Below are positions 34,304 to 45,123 of a stretch of DNA of 64,000 bases, one piece after another (position 1 is the stretch's first letter; each line of letters starts with the position of its first letter). This DNA is from Amphiscolops sp. MND2022 (lineage: Eukaryota). The stretch covers positions 62,188,001-62,252,000 of the forward strand of contig OZ076409.1 in the NCBI GenBank assembly GCA_964187785.1, given 5' to 3'. The notes under the pieces were generated by a model that was given only the letters and a program-made list of their open reading frames with translations, was not told where the DNA came from and made no database searches. The position numbers and the translations under genes are program-made.

Positions 34304-35430
34304 TGGTGACAGGAGACAACGAATCTCCACTTCAAGTTCCCGAGTTTCTCACGGGACGAGTCTCATCCAGAAACCATCTTGACAGGTCCTATGAGGACAT
34401 CAACCTTGACACAACGATCCCAGCGCAAGAGAGAAATGCTCCGGCTACTCAAAACGACCCTATTACTCGACTAGCAGATGTCTTGACAACGATGCAGAAT
34501 AGGCCGACAGCCCAACAACTCACTATACGCCCAGTCAATTCCAACACAATGACTTTTGATGGCAAAAGTGAAAAATTCGAGCTGTTCGAGGACCTGTTCC
34601 ACACGATGATCAAGATGCAACCGGAAATGACGGAACAGATGAAAATAAATCACTTCCACTCACTACTGAGGAAGAATGCTCTCCAAACCTTCCGGAACAT
34701 CAGTTCGAGCAATAGACAGACTTTAGAGGACGTATTGGTAATATTCAGACGAAAATACGTCAAACCCGAATCACAGGCGACAGCCAAACATAAATGGCAC
34801 CGTCTAGTCTTTGATCCCAACACGATGAAACTGCCAGATTTCCGTGAAGAACTAAATCAAGGGGCAGAAAAAGCATTCGGGGATCACGCACAAAAAATGA
34901 TTGACAGTTTGCTTTACGCAAAACTGCCACCGAAACTGAAGCGGTCTGTTAACATGGCCAGATTAGAAAATGGCTCATACGATGAGATAGTTGCTCATTT
35001 GGAGAGAGAATTAGAGCTTAACGCCCTCGAGGAGTCAGACGATCTACCAATAGCAACAATGACCTCCTCATCGACTAAGCCCAAAACTCCTCTGTCCACT
35101 GGGCAAATGTCAGACATTACTTGCAATTATTGCAAGGAAAAGGGCCACATGGTAAAGGACTGCGAAAAACTCAAAAAGAAAAAAGAAAAAGATGCCCAAC
35201 AAGGCAAACAGACTCAGAAAAAGACGTATCCGGAGTGTGGTACTTGTGGTAAAAAGAACCACCCCGAAGAAAGATGTTGGCAAGGAGCCGGTGCGCATCT
35301 CAAACCCAAACGCACCAGACCAGATGACGCCAATGACGGAAAGCCCAATTCAAAGGCGCAGAAACCGCAAAACAAGTCAACATCTTCAAACTCACAATCC
35401 TCATCTTCTAATGATGAGTCAAAAAACTAA
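33718..35430 (+). CDS. gag: Gag of element B (570 aa)
   Basis: Capsid-like core (TFDGKSEKFELFEDLFHTMIKM...) and two zinc knuckles, CNYCKEKGHMVKDC and CGTCGKKNHPEERC. Starts inside the LTR. Confidence 0.93.
   Translation: MPTTRKQKKTRKSRGLEVLSDIENLDIMLGGNPYNGTERERSLDNNSIERRGSVISNNLDNEGESLFSNCRNDEPRTSADFGQNSAEANSLAEINRLSSELNSRISREMDEMMNNVGSQIQRAINEAISSQVLPQIQNIIMAGSGRETRRGWEVPVERPEINAEEQQVLNAKAGCRNEQCDGYRTNGPSTRNVHDMVTGDNESPLQVPEFLTGRVSSRNHLDRSYEDINLDTTIPAQERNAPATQNDPITRLADVLTTMQNRPTAQQLTIRPVNSNTMTFDGKSEKFELFEDLFHTMIKMQPEMTEQMKINHFHSLLRKNALQTFRNISSSNRQTLEDVLVIFRRKYVKPESQATAKHKWHRLVFDPNTMKLPDFREELNQGAEKAFGDHAQKMIDSLLYAKLPPKLKRSVNMARLENGSYDEIVAHLERELELNALEESDDLPIATMTSSSTKPKTPLSTGQMSDITCNYCKEKGHMVKDCEKLKKKKEKDAQQGKQTQKKTYPECGTCGKKNHPEERCWQGAGAHLKPKRTRPDDANDGKPNSKAQKPQNKSTSSNSQSSSSNDESKN
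34304..34315 (+). promoter_or_regulatory. Putative PBS TGGTGACAGGAG, lying inside the gag reading frame
   Basis: TGG directly after the LTR-terminal CA. Resembles a tRNA-Leu-type 3' end complement; tRNA assignment uncertain. Confidence 0.65.
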
Positions 35431-38400
35431 CTTTGCCACGACTCCAATACAACGAACTGATATCCGTCCGCCAATACATCAGGTCGGATCCTCCAACGCA
35501 AACTTTCCACCAATACAATCAGCAATTGATGGGCTATCCCTCTGTTGTCTGGCAGCAACAGATGGACAAGGCTATCACCATCACCTATAACAACACTCAT
35601 TTATTCCAAAAACCAATTCCTGTTTGGGACCCTGACTATACCACTACCTTCACTACCCGGTTCAGGCCCATTCCCCTGGTAGATAATTACAATCCAACGT
35701 ACATCGACCCAGACTACGGCAGAGATCCCTATTGGGACACCGAGATTTACAACCAAGATTTACTGCAATTCCAGTACGTTCTAGATGATATCGAACATTA
35801 CAATCGATCAGTCCACGAGAATCCTCCAATCACCCACAATAAGAAGACCAGAGCATTAAATGAAAACTGGCAAATGAATGATGGCACGAACCATCCAGTG
35901 TTCCCAAACCCATTGGGGACCGATAACCATGACAACAATACTGAACCCATACAGCAATCACTACTAGATGAGAAACAATTCCAAAATGTCCTAATCACAA
36001 GGGACGGCGAACCAGACTGTATACCTTTGTCAACCAACATCAATCTCAAATGCAAGAAACGCATGTTGTATTTCCCAATGGACTTTGGGGAATTGACCAT
36101 TGATGGACTCATCGACACTGGAGCGCTGTCCAGTGCAATTCCTGAAATGGACCTCCGGAAAATCCGACTTTTATCTCCACAATCTGTTATCCGGGAAGGC
36201 CCGCCTCCGAATTTCCAAATAATGGTCGCTAATGGGCAATTGGAAACTCCCAAGAGTACCATAGAGCTCAAATTTGAAGTTGGTGACATCGAGTTTCACG
36301 AGATTTTCATAGTCATGGAACACCTGACAGGTCCGATCATTGGACTAATGTTCCTTCAACGAAATCATACAGTTCTGGACATGAGACAAGGAATACTAAA
36401 CTTCCCATTCTTTTCAATGCAGCTCAAAACAGCTGATCATAAATATTCAAATGTACTAGAACCAATTCTCAATCCCATTGAGATAACCATTCCTCCAAAT
36501 GACAGAGTCCTAATTAGGACCAATTCCCTACTGTACCCTGAGAATGCTGTCACTGGGATTTTACAACCGAGCGACCTTCTACATGAAGAAGGCGACATCA
36601 CATTTTGCCCAGCTTTGGTCACTCTGAATGATGGCAACATATCGATACCTGTGAATAATTTCACAGACCACCCCTATAAACTCAAAAAGGGACTCCATAT
36701 TGCCAATTTCTCTGTTATGACGCCAGAACAAATGAAATATGTCAAACCGGTGGACCCGGCATCAACCTGGCATCTCTTACAGAATGATCAAGAGCAGGCA
36801 GCCCACTATGTCAGCAGTCTCATCAAAACTAATAGAAATCCACAAAACTCCGAAAATTACTGGTTCCCAACCCCAGAAAATCCTGGAAATCCTGAGGAAC
36901 ATACGCCGATACAAAAACGAATCCTCCAGGAATTACAGGCCTTACAAGACCTCGAGACACTTGACCCTACTCAAGATGAAGAATCACGTACAAAGTTCTT
37001 AGAAAATTTCGATTGGAAAGATTCCACCCTTACTCCTGAAGAGAAGGAGAAAATAGAGGAATTGTTAGTGGAATTCCATGACATCTTTGCACGACACCGA
37101 TTTGATATAGGCATGAACGAAGACTTCAAGGTGAAACTGACACCTAAAGATGATTCCCCAGCCTATAGTCAAAGTCTTCCGGCCCCTATCAATTTGAAGG
37201 AAGACATCCTCGTCGAATTAGCCATGTTACACAAATATGGCATAATAACTACACTGCCGTTCTCAAAGTATGCAAGCCCAATATTCGCCCAAAAGAAACC
37301 AAATGGGAAGCTACGACTCCTGGTTGACTTGAGAAAAATCAACAACCTCATCTCGGATGATTATATAAACAATAATCACCCTGTTAGCACCCTGGTTGAT
37401 GCTGCCCAACACTTGGCAGGCAAAAAACTCTTCTGTAAATTAGACTGTTCGCAGGCATACCACTGCCTACCAATGGCCGACCAACGCTCAATCGAAATGT
37501 TAGCTTTCAATTTTGCCAGTCGCACATTTGCTTATAGACGATTGGCACAAGGCCTTAGCCGGTCACTATCTGCATTCTCAAGTTTCATGAGGGAATACCT
37601 CGACAAAGTCATCAAAGCAGATCAGTGTGCCCAGTATGTAGACGATATCGGCATCGCAGCCAACGATGTTGACCACCTCATGATGAACCTGAGAGCTACA
37701 TTCAAATGCATTCAGGAAGCAGGCCTTAAATTGACAATGCACAAATGTCACTTTGGTGCCAAAGAAATTGATTTTCTTGGACGAACAATTACCCCACAAG
37801 GCGTTAAACCCCAAAAGCAAAATGTTCAAAACTTTCTGGAAAAGACCAAATTCCCGAAGTCGAAAAAGGCTTTACAACGCTATCTGGGATTCCTAAATTA
37901 CTACAGAAATTATGTCCCAAGACTTTCAGAACGCCTTGCCCCATTCTACAAGATGCTGAAAAGTGACGAAAAAGTCCTAGTATCGAAAGAATTAGTCCAA
38001 CAATTTGAAGAAATCAACAAGGCACTTGACAAATGTTGTGATTTGGCCCTACAACAACCTATCCCAAACAAACAAATCGCACTAATGACTGACGCAAGTT
38101 TTGCTGCAGCTGGATATGCGGTCTTAATAGAAGACGATCCGAACCAGAAATTCACATCTCTCCGAAAATCCTATGCACCGGTGGCATATGGCTCAAAAAC
38201 CTTCACCCCAGCCCAGATCAAGATGTCAATATATGCCAAAGAGTTTCTTGCAATTTATTTTGCATTCAAAGAATTTGGGCATATATTCTGGGGTGCGCCC
38301 AAACCGGTCATTATCCTCACAGACAACAAAGCTGTGACGAGATTTTTTCAAACGAAAATAATACCCCCAGCCCTGTGGAATGCATGTGATTATGTGATTC

Positions 38401-40625
38401 AGTTCAATTTTGTCATAGCGCATATCCCGGGGGCACAGAACACAGCAGCTGACTATTTGTCCCGATTGGAGGCAGATCCGAAGGATAAATTAGTCATGAA
38501 AATCCGTGAAGACGTGCAAATTCTACCCATTGAAGTAAATGTCCAATCTGCGGGGGTATCACAGGAAGAACAAATATTCTATACAAATGATGAAGACGAG
38601 ACAGAGGAACAATATTGGGCAAGAAAAGAAACAATCAGGAAAAGCCCAATGACTGATGAGCCCACTGTTACCATACAAACTCTGTCAACCAATCTGGTCA
38701 GACAACAACAAGACATTCAAGTCCGATTCAAGAAAATAAACCAGATAATCATTGAGCAATCCAAAGATGCAGTATTGCAACAATTGAAGGCAAAGCTCCT
38801 TCATGAAGACTATTCAGAAAACATACTGCAACAGGATACCCGATACAGACACTATGCAAATAATCTGGAACGAATTGTACTCAAGGACGAAATCCTGACG
38901 AGGCAATATTTTGACGAAACAGGGAATGTTAAATACCATCAAATTTTGCTCCCGCAACACCTACTTCGGGAATTGCTTCAGTCCCTTCATGGAACAGCGC
39001 AAAAACATCCCGGGATTTCCAAAATGTTGCAGGAAATTAGACAGAGGTATTACTACCCTAGCATGGCTAGACACGTCAAAAAGTGGGTAGAAGGGTGCGA
39101 ACAATGTGCCAGAGACAAGCGAGTCCCTAACGCAACGATCACACCTGAACTGCTCAATTTGCCCGAATGGGACCTTGGACCTGAAGACGCCATGCAGATT
39201 GACTTACTGCCGAACCTTCCCCCAAGTGGAGGATACGAAAACGTCCTAACGGCAATCGATGTATTTTCCAGATATTTGTTTGCTTACCCTCTTACGGACG
39301 CATCAGCAATCAATGTAGCAAAAGTGCTCATTGACATCATGACCAAACATGCATATCTACCAACAACTCTTATTACTGATAAGGGTACTGCATTCACTTC
39401 TACGATTACTGCGGAGGTTACGCAGATTCTGGGCATCACACTCAAATGTGCAACGACAAAACACCCGCAAACAATTGGCAAATTAGAGCGGACCCATGCC
39501 TCATTAAAGACAAATCTCAAAATGGCATGTGGGGAATACCGCCGACAATGGCATAAATACTTGCCATTAGCAGTACTGAATCATAATACAAGTTACCATG
39601 CCAGCATCGGCTGTGAACCAACGAGAGTATTTCATGGCCGAATTCCCTACAATATCCTAGATCATAAGCTTGGAAATAACCCAAACGAAAAGATCAGCCC
39701 TACAACCGAATTTGCTGAAGAAATCCAGAACAGGACGAAAACCCTAATAGACAAAACGAAGCAAAATATCATGCAGTCATATATCAAATACAAGGAATAT
39801 TATGACCGCAAAGCGAAAGCTGCTCCATTGAAGGAGAATGAATTCTGTTTTGTCTTACAGCCGAAAGCGGACCATCAAGGATCGAAAATCCCATTCTGCG
39901 ATTATCGTTGGGTTGGTCCATTCATAGTGCAAAAAGTCCTACCAAATGAGAATTACATTGTACGACGGCTTAATACAAACAAAACCCAAATATTGCATCG
40001 AATTCGCCTTAAAAAATTTGTCCCCAATCAACCGTTAGAGGACAATTTCCGAGAGCAACGCTTGCAGCCAGACGAAGAAATTGTTATTCCGCAGGATGAC
40101 TTATACATCATAACGTGGGAAACCGACTTTGGCGAGCAGCTAACTATACGAGACAACGAAGCTATTCCGACTAGCTTACCAAATGGCGAACGGCCGAGTA
40201 CGGCACAAATTAACAATGACGCAAACGAGAGTGACGCGGATTATATAATCACGCGAGAAACGAATCAAGACAATACGGCACACAGCCGGAATGACCGCTT
40301 AGGTGACAACGTCACAAAGAGAATTGAAGATAATGATGCAAATAGAAATAAAGAATCTGATTGGCCAAATCCGGCCGCTAACCCAAATACTCAAGAAAAA
40401 TCTTTACCGAGTACAGCAAATGCACCGGAAAATCATGAAATTTTGTCAGAAAGAAATTCGCTGAATGAAAACGATGCACAAAATTCTCCAAATAGGGGGG
40501 ATGATATTATCGTGCCCGAAATATCTGAAAACGATGCTAGAAATGAAAGCCTGAGCCCTAGAGGAGGAAAATATAACCTCAGGCCTAATCCCAACCCGAA
40601 CTACTCAGAAGACTATAGATACTAG
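35421..40625 (+). CDS. pol: Pol of element B (PR, RT, RNase H, IN), reached by -1 frameshift at A AAA AAC (35421-35427)
   Basis: Slippery heptamer just before the gag TAA; the -1 frame is open into the 1730-aa ORF. Motifs LIDTGA, RLAQGL and YVDD, MTDAS and TDN, H..H..CEQC, D-D-E and GPF. Confidence 0.96.
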   Translation, partial: KKLTLPRLQYNELISVRQYIRSDPPTQTFHQYNQQLMGYPSVVWQQQMDKAITITYNNTHLFQKPIPVWDPDYTTTFTTRFRPIPLVDNYNPTYIDPDYGRDPYWDTEIYNQDLLQFQYVLDDIEHYNRSVHENPPITHNKKTRALNENWQMNDGTNHPVFPNPLGTDNHDNNTEPIQQSLLDEKQFQNVLITRDGEPDCIPLSTNINLKCKKRMLYFPMDFGELTIDGLIDTGALSSAIPEMDLRKIRLLSPQSVIREGPPPNFQIMVANGQLETPKSTIELKFEVGDIEFHEIFIVMEHLTGPIIGLMFLQRNHTVLDMRQGILNFPFFSMQLKTADHKYSNVLEPILNPIEITIPPNDRVLIRTNSLLYPENAVTGILQPSDLLHEEGDITFCPALVTLNDGNISIPVNNFTDHPYKLKKGLHIANFSVMTPEQMKYVKPVDPASTWHLLQNDQEQAAHYVSSLIKTNRNPQNSENYWFPTPENPGNPEEHTPIQKRILQELQALQDLETLDPTQDEESRTKFLENFDWKDSTLTPEEKEKIEELLVEFHDIFARHRFDIGMNEDFKVKLTPKDDSPAYSQSLPAPINLKEDILVELAMLHKYGIITTLPFSKYASPIFAQKKPNGKLRLLVDLRKINNLISDDYINNNHPVSTLVDAAQHLAGKKLFCKLDCSQAYHCLPMADQRSIEMLAFNFASRTFAYRRLAQGLSRSLSAFSSFMREYLDKVIKADQCAQYVDDIGIAANDVDHLMMNLRATFKCIQEAGLKLTMHKCHFGAKEIDFLGRTITPQGVKPQKQNVQNFLEKTKFPKSKKALQRYLGFLNYYRNYVPRLSERLAPFYKMLKSDEKVLVSKELVQQFEEINKALDKCCDLALQQPIPNKQIALMTDASFAAAGYAVLIEDDPNQKFTSLRKSYAPVAYGSKTFTPAQIKMSIYAKEFLAIYFAFKEFGHIFWGAPKPVIILTDNKAVTRFFQTKIIPPALWNACDYVIQFNFVIAHIPGAQNTAADYLSRLEADPKDKLVMKIREDVQILPIEVNVQSAGVSQEEQIFYTNDEDETEEQYWARKETIRKSPMTDEPTVTIQTLSTNLVRQQQDIQVRFKKINQIIIEQSKDAVLQQLKAKLLHEDYSENILQQDTRYRHYANNLERIVLKDEILTRQYFDETGNVKYHQILLPQHLLRELLQSLHGTAQKHPGISKMLQEIRQRYYYPSMARHVKKWVEGCEQCARDKRVPNATITPELLNLPEWDLGPEDAMQIDLLPNLPPSGGYENVLTAIDVFSRYLFAYPLTDASAINVAKVLIDIMTKHAYLPTTLITDKGTAFTSTITAEVTQILGITLKCATTKHPQTIGKLERTHASLKTNLKMACGEYRRQWHKYLPLAVLNHNTSYHASIGCEPTRVFHGRIPYNILDHKLGNNPNEKISPTTEFAEEIQNRTKTLIDKTKQNIMQSYIKYKEYYDRKAKAAPLKENEFCFVLQPKADHQGSKIPFCDYRWVGPFIVQKVLPNENYIVRRLNTNKTQILHRIRLKKFVPNQPLEDNFREQRLQPDEEIVIPQDDLYIITWETDFGEQLTIRDNEAIPTSLPNGERPSTAQINNDANESDADYIITRETNQDNTAHSRNDRLGDNVTKRIEDNDANRNKESDWPNPAANPNTQEKSLPSTANAPENHEILSERNSLNENDAQNSPNRGDDIIVPEISENDARNESLSPRGGKYNLRPNPNPNYSEDYRY

Positions 40626-40853
40626 AGAAAATTAAATTCGATTCAGGAGACTAGCCCTGAATTGTTTTGCCTTTTCTCTTTTTTATCTTTTATCTTTTAG
40701 TCCCAAGGCGATTCTTTTGAATAAATAATTGGGACAACTAACAAAACCCCTTTAGAAGAATAAATACGGGGCAAAGAAAGAACAGAAATGGAAATTCAAC
40801 AAAAGAAATAAACAAAGTTTACAGTTTGAGAGTACATATATACATATGCACAT

Positions 40854-43800
40854 TTAGTTTTTAGAACTGCTAGCTGAAGATTCGTCGGCAACAGACGAAG
40901 TCCTAGAACGCGAAATGGCCCTCTCCATTCGTCTTCGCTTGCTATCACTGGGAAGCTTTACTGCAGAAGCATCAGGGATGGAAGAAGTATCTGCTATAGT
41001 GGGACTGCGGAATTGAAACTCTGACCCTGAAAGCATAGAACGGTAAGATGTAACAAGGGTCTTGTAGATAGCGGTCCGGCCGAAACCGTCCACAAAAGGC
41101 CAAGGGTCATAATCGGCGGCGAAAGCGGATTGCCCGAAAGAAGAAGACAAATGCTGGAACTTCTCAAGCTGGGGCTCACTGCAGCAGGCCAGCAAGGAAT
41201 CAGGATCCGAAGTCAAATAACTCTGACAGGGTAAGATCACATCTGCCAAACGGGATTGAAGCCCTGTTGTATCAATTCTCCCAAAGGAAACTGGGGGATA
41301 TTCAGGACTGATGGTAGTTATGCAGGGACAGCTTAACTTAAACAGGTAACAAAGATGATCATGGGACTGGAGGAATTCCAAATTCATAAAGAAATCAATG
41401 AGATCAGGGGGATCCTTGGCTGAGCTAAATTCAGCGGAGTGATTGTTCCGGAGGTGGTCCAATAGGGCAACATACTCGTCCCGGCAAGCTGACTCGTTGT
41501 ATTCCGAGACCCAGAAACGCAGCTGGAATGTGGAGTACAGGCAATCAAAATGGCGCAAAGCAACATCCACTGGCCGTTTGAATAGAATGTATGGGTCGAA
41601 CGCTGCCAACCCCTTGATAAGGTCGGAACTTAGCTCAGTATGTTGAAGAACCTCTGACAACAGGAACTTGATGTAACTTTTGGCGCTTGACGTGAAATCC
41701 GATTTGGCTTGGTCAGCAGTCTTACTGATCGCTGCTTTACTGGACTTCTTGTTGAAGTGGAGCCCAGCTGCCTTCAAGTTGCTTGCTGTGGTGACTTTGC
41801 CAGCGATCTTGAGACGCACCAGAAAGTCCTCGTCTCCCATAAATGTGCCCTGATTGAGCTGGAAATTCATCAGTAGGAACCAGGCGTTCTCGAGTGGCAC
41901 TGTATCTGGCTGGAAGATACGGAAGCAGAGGCGGTTGATATATTTGCACAGCTCGCCACAAAGGAAGAAGGAGGCATCACGTCTCTGGCTCAAATTGGCG
42001 ACGAAGCTGGTGACATCTGAAATTCATAAATCAATGGTCCTTAAAAGGACAACAGACCAAAGGGATCTTAATAGATTGAGAATACTCACAATCGCTGACC
42101 AAACGTTGAAAAAGCTCCAATTTGACAGCAAAGAAGTTGTCCATGATGAGGGACCATTCGAAGCTCTGGACCTAGGAAGAAAGCAGTGTGAACATCTTGG
42201 AACTTACCCAACAACGATAGTACAAGAAAAGCAATTACTACGATTCCCTATGTAAAGAAAATACCACTTGAAGCTCATAACCTTATTGTGTACTCCTTGA
42301 TTCTCTTGACGAGATGAATGGGCTGTGAGATAGCGGAGGATTGTTTTCCACTTCTTCGACAAGATTCGGCAGAGTTCAGGAATTTTCCCCACTTCTAGTC
42401 TGCAGGTCGTGATTGCCTAAACAAAGTGATCCTTAGGATTGGAATTCCAACTGAAGTTACTTACCACCCCCTACCAGTGTAATGTAAACCAAGTGCGTAA
42501 ACTAGACTCTCTCGGACAAGTTCAGGTGACTCCGAAACCCAGTCTTCAGAAAGGCATCCTCCGAGTGAGACTATGAGGCTTTGGAGAACGGAAAACATGT
42601 CTATGTGCCCAAACACACTATAGTTCCTCTTGTGCATCAAGGTGCGCAAGTCGAGCAGTTCGAAGCGAAAGCAACTTTGAACCCCACGTGGGTAGGCTGG
42701 GTGATGGTCCACCGTCTTGATCAGGTCAACAGCGCAACCCGAGATCGCAACTATGTCAGGAGCAGTCGATACAACGGATAACAATCGAGATAAGGAGCCC
42801 AGTTCCTCTGTGAGTCCAGCGCCAGTGAGGCCACTTCTGCAGATGAACAGACGGCAGAGTTTCGCTCCTTTCCAGAATCGCAGGGACATAAAGCGATTAG
42901 CCCCCCTCTTCTCAAACTCAACTGCGAAATGCTGGGAGGCGGAGACCTGTTCAGCCACATCCTCCATCAGGCAATTGAAGACATGTTGGAAAATGGCCTG
43001 AAATGGAACAAAATCAGATCGTTAACATGACGTCACTTTCCTGACCCTTCCCTACCAACTAATCCAACTTTTGGAAAACAACTGAGGGATCTTACCATGA
43101 TGTGGTCCTCATTCCAATTGAAGTCCTGGAAAGCCGACTGAAACCCAGTGTAGCTTCCAACTCGCGACCACAGTTTTTGAAGCAGTGCCAGATCACCAGA
43201 ACCTTGAATGAAGTCTCCCAAGAGACATATCTGTGTTCGCAATCGGGACTGTGGAGTGATGGGAGCGGAAGTGTGGCCTTGCAGGTAATCCTCGTAGAAT
43301 GGATTTCTTTCTCCAACGTCAACGAGCTCTGTGTGCATGAATCTGGGTAGCTCATCAGCGAGTTCCTTCTTGCTAAGGATCTTGCCATTCTTCCCCCTGA
43401 CGCGATGTTGAACCTTCCCAGTAACAGGATCCACCGTCTTGAGGTGTTCATACCTCCACCTCTGGTCTCGGCGCAGATGCTTTTCGGTCCTGTGATGGTG
43501 TAGGATTTCAACGGTGCCCTTGGTTTTTATGCTGAAATTCTTTTTACACATGTGGCACCATACCATGTGTGGATTGTGGAGGGGATCAGAAGGCCCAGAG
43601 ATAAATGACCTTGTCCACCCAATTTTGGAAAGGAACTCCTCCCTCATGGGTACGCCTCGCCTGGAAACTTTTTTCACTTTGACCGGTCTTGCGGTTGTAG
43701 TGCTTTTCCGAGACCTCTGGGTGGGTGTCCTATCCCGGATCTCAGAGAGGGTAATGTCGAGGCTACTCCTTCCACCTGTCTCAGCTCCCTCCTCAGAAGA

Positions 43801-45123
43801 ATCTTGTGGCTGCGCTAGCTGAGGCGTTTGAGGAGAACCCCGGGGGTCTACAATCCCGAGAGTCTGGTTGATGAGAGCCATTTCGGTAGGACTGTCACTC
43901 TCGTTGGGATCAAGGAAATCACTGACGTTCTGGAGCAGACTCATGTCAGTTTGTGACTCGTATCCTGACCCGACTTCAGCCAAAGTTCCCTCAGAACTGG
44001 ATCCAGCAGGCAAATTGGAACCAGGAGTGGACGGTCGGTTCCGAATCTGAAATTTCTCCGTCCTTGAGGGGGCTGTTGCAGGTGTTCCCCTGACAGCTCC
44101 AATTACCATCCTTTCCATAGTCGAGCAAGTCATGTTGATGGCCTCATCGGTTAAAACCCGAAGCAAGTGGTAAACCTGTGGCTCAGTAAACGCAACGACT
44201 CTTTGGCCGACCGGAAAGGTATAAGGATCCTCAGTCTCGAAGTATTGCTTCAAGGTGGCTCAACTCCGCCCTGACAAGTTTCGCAAGGTGTCGTTTTGAC
44301 CTGATTGGTCAGCTCTGGATGTGCCGGGTTGGCCCGGATCGTGAACTTCTGAGCCTGATTCATCTCCAGTTTCTGATTGTTGTGCAGAGTCAAAAGGATT
44401 AATGGCATATAATGGTGGGCACTCGCCTTGACTAACGTTTTCTGATGTTTGATTGGCATCACTGGACTCGCCAATATCTTCAACTTGATTTTTCCTCCCA
44501 GGGAGTGGAGGAGGTTCCATGACAGAAGAGGAGGCATCCCCTTCGGACTGTAGGAACGAAACTTCAGACATCTCTTCTGTCTGATCTTGGATGACTTGCA
44601 GCTCAGGGAAACCTGTACTCATCTTCGGCGTCACTGAAAGCGAAGTTTCGAGTTGGGTGAGACTATCTACTGAAGTCCCTGGCTGATCTGGGGGATTAGG
44701 TGTACTAGATCGTACGAATTCAGCATCCTGGTCTACAATTTGGGCTAATTGGCCTTGGGCCGTATTAGGATCCTCTTCGACGTTATTAGCAGAATTGGCT
44801 TCGGCAAGTCCTTGCATGGTCTCCATCCTCTGAGACCCCTGATCTGCATAGATGACGGCACCGGCGTTGTTCGCACCATGGAAGGAAGTGTCTGCAGCTA
44901 TATGTTCAGTTTGTTCACGAGCAGCCCTGATTGGAGGGAAAGGAGGCGGTGAAGGATTAACTCCAGGAACATATCCAGACACGGAGATGGGGACTGGGCG
45001 TTGAATAGCCCCGGCGGAATTGTCAATTGTGTTGGTGGTTTGAACTTGAAGTTCATCAGGATTCTGATTATCTAAGCAGAAAGAGATGAAATTTGGCGGT
45101 AAGCTTCCTTGAAAGAAATCCAT
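40854..45123 (-). CDS. Antisense five-exon accessory gene (~1297 aa): low-complexity N-terminus, BED-like zinc finger and degenerate hAT-transposase-like body; two apparent lesions in this copy
   Basis: Exons 45123-43096, 42997-42512, 42416-42282, 42171-42090 and 42016-40854 join in frame (3894 nt). Introns of 98, 95, 110 and 73 nt end in YAG; donors are GTAAGA, GAGAGT (non-canonical), GTTATG and GTGAGT. In-frame TGA at 44262-44260. Zinc finger WCHMC...HHRTEKH. Confidence 0.72.

Noticed and set aside
34304..34320. Tf1-like self-priming of element B
   Set aside because: Only a 5-nt match (GTCAC) to the PBS complement was found near the predicted transcript start, which is too little.
17383..40216. 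Numerous 60-160 aa antisense or alternative-frame ORFs overlapping gag, pol and env
   Set aside because: Expected shadow ORFs of long coding regions, with no motifs or splice logic.
44260..44262. Selenocysteine or canonical readthrough at the in-frame TGA
   Set aside because: The context is TGA-GCC rather than the TGA-CTAG readthrough motif, and no SECIS was recognised. A CGA>TGA mutation is simpler.
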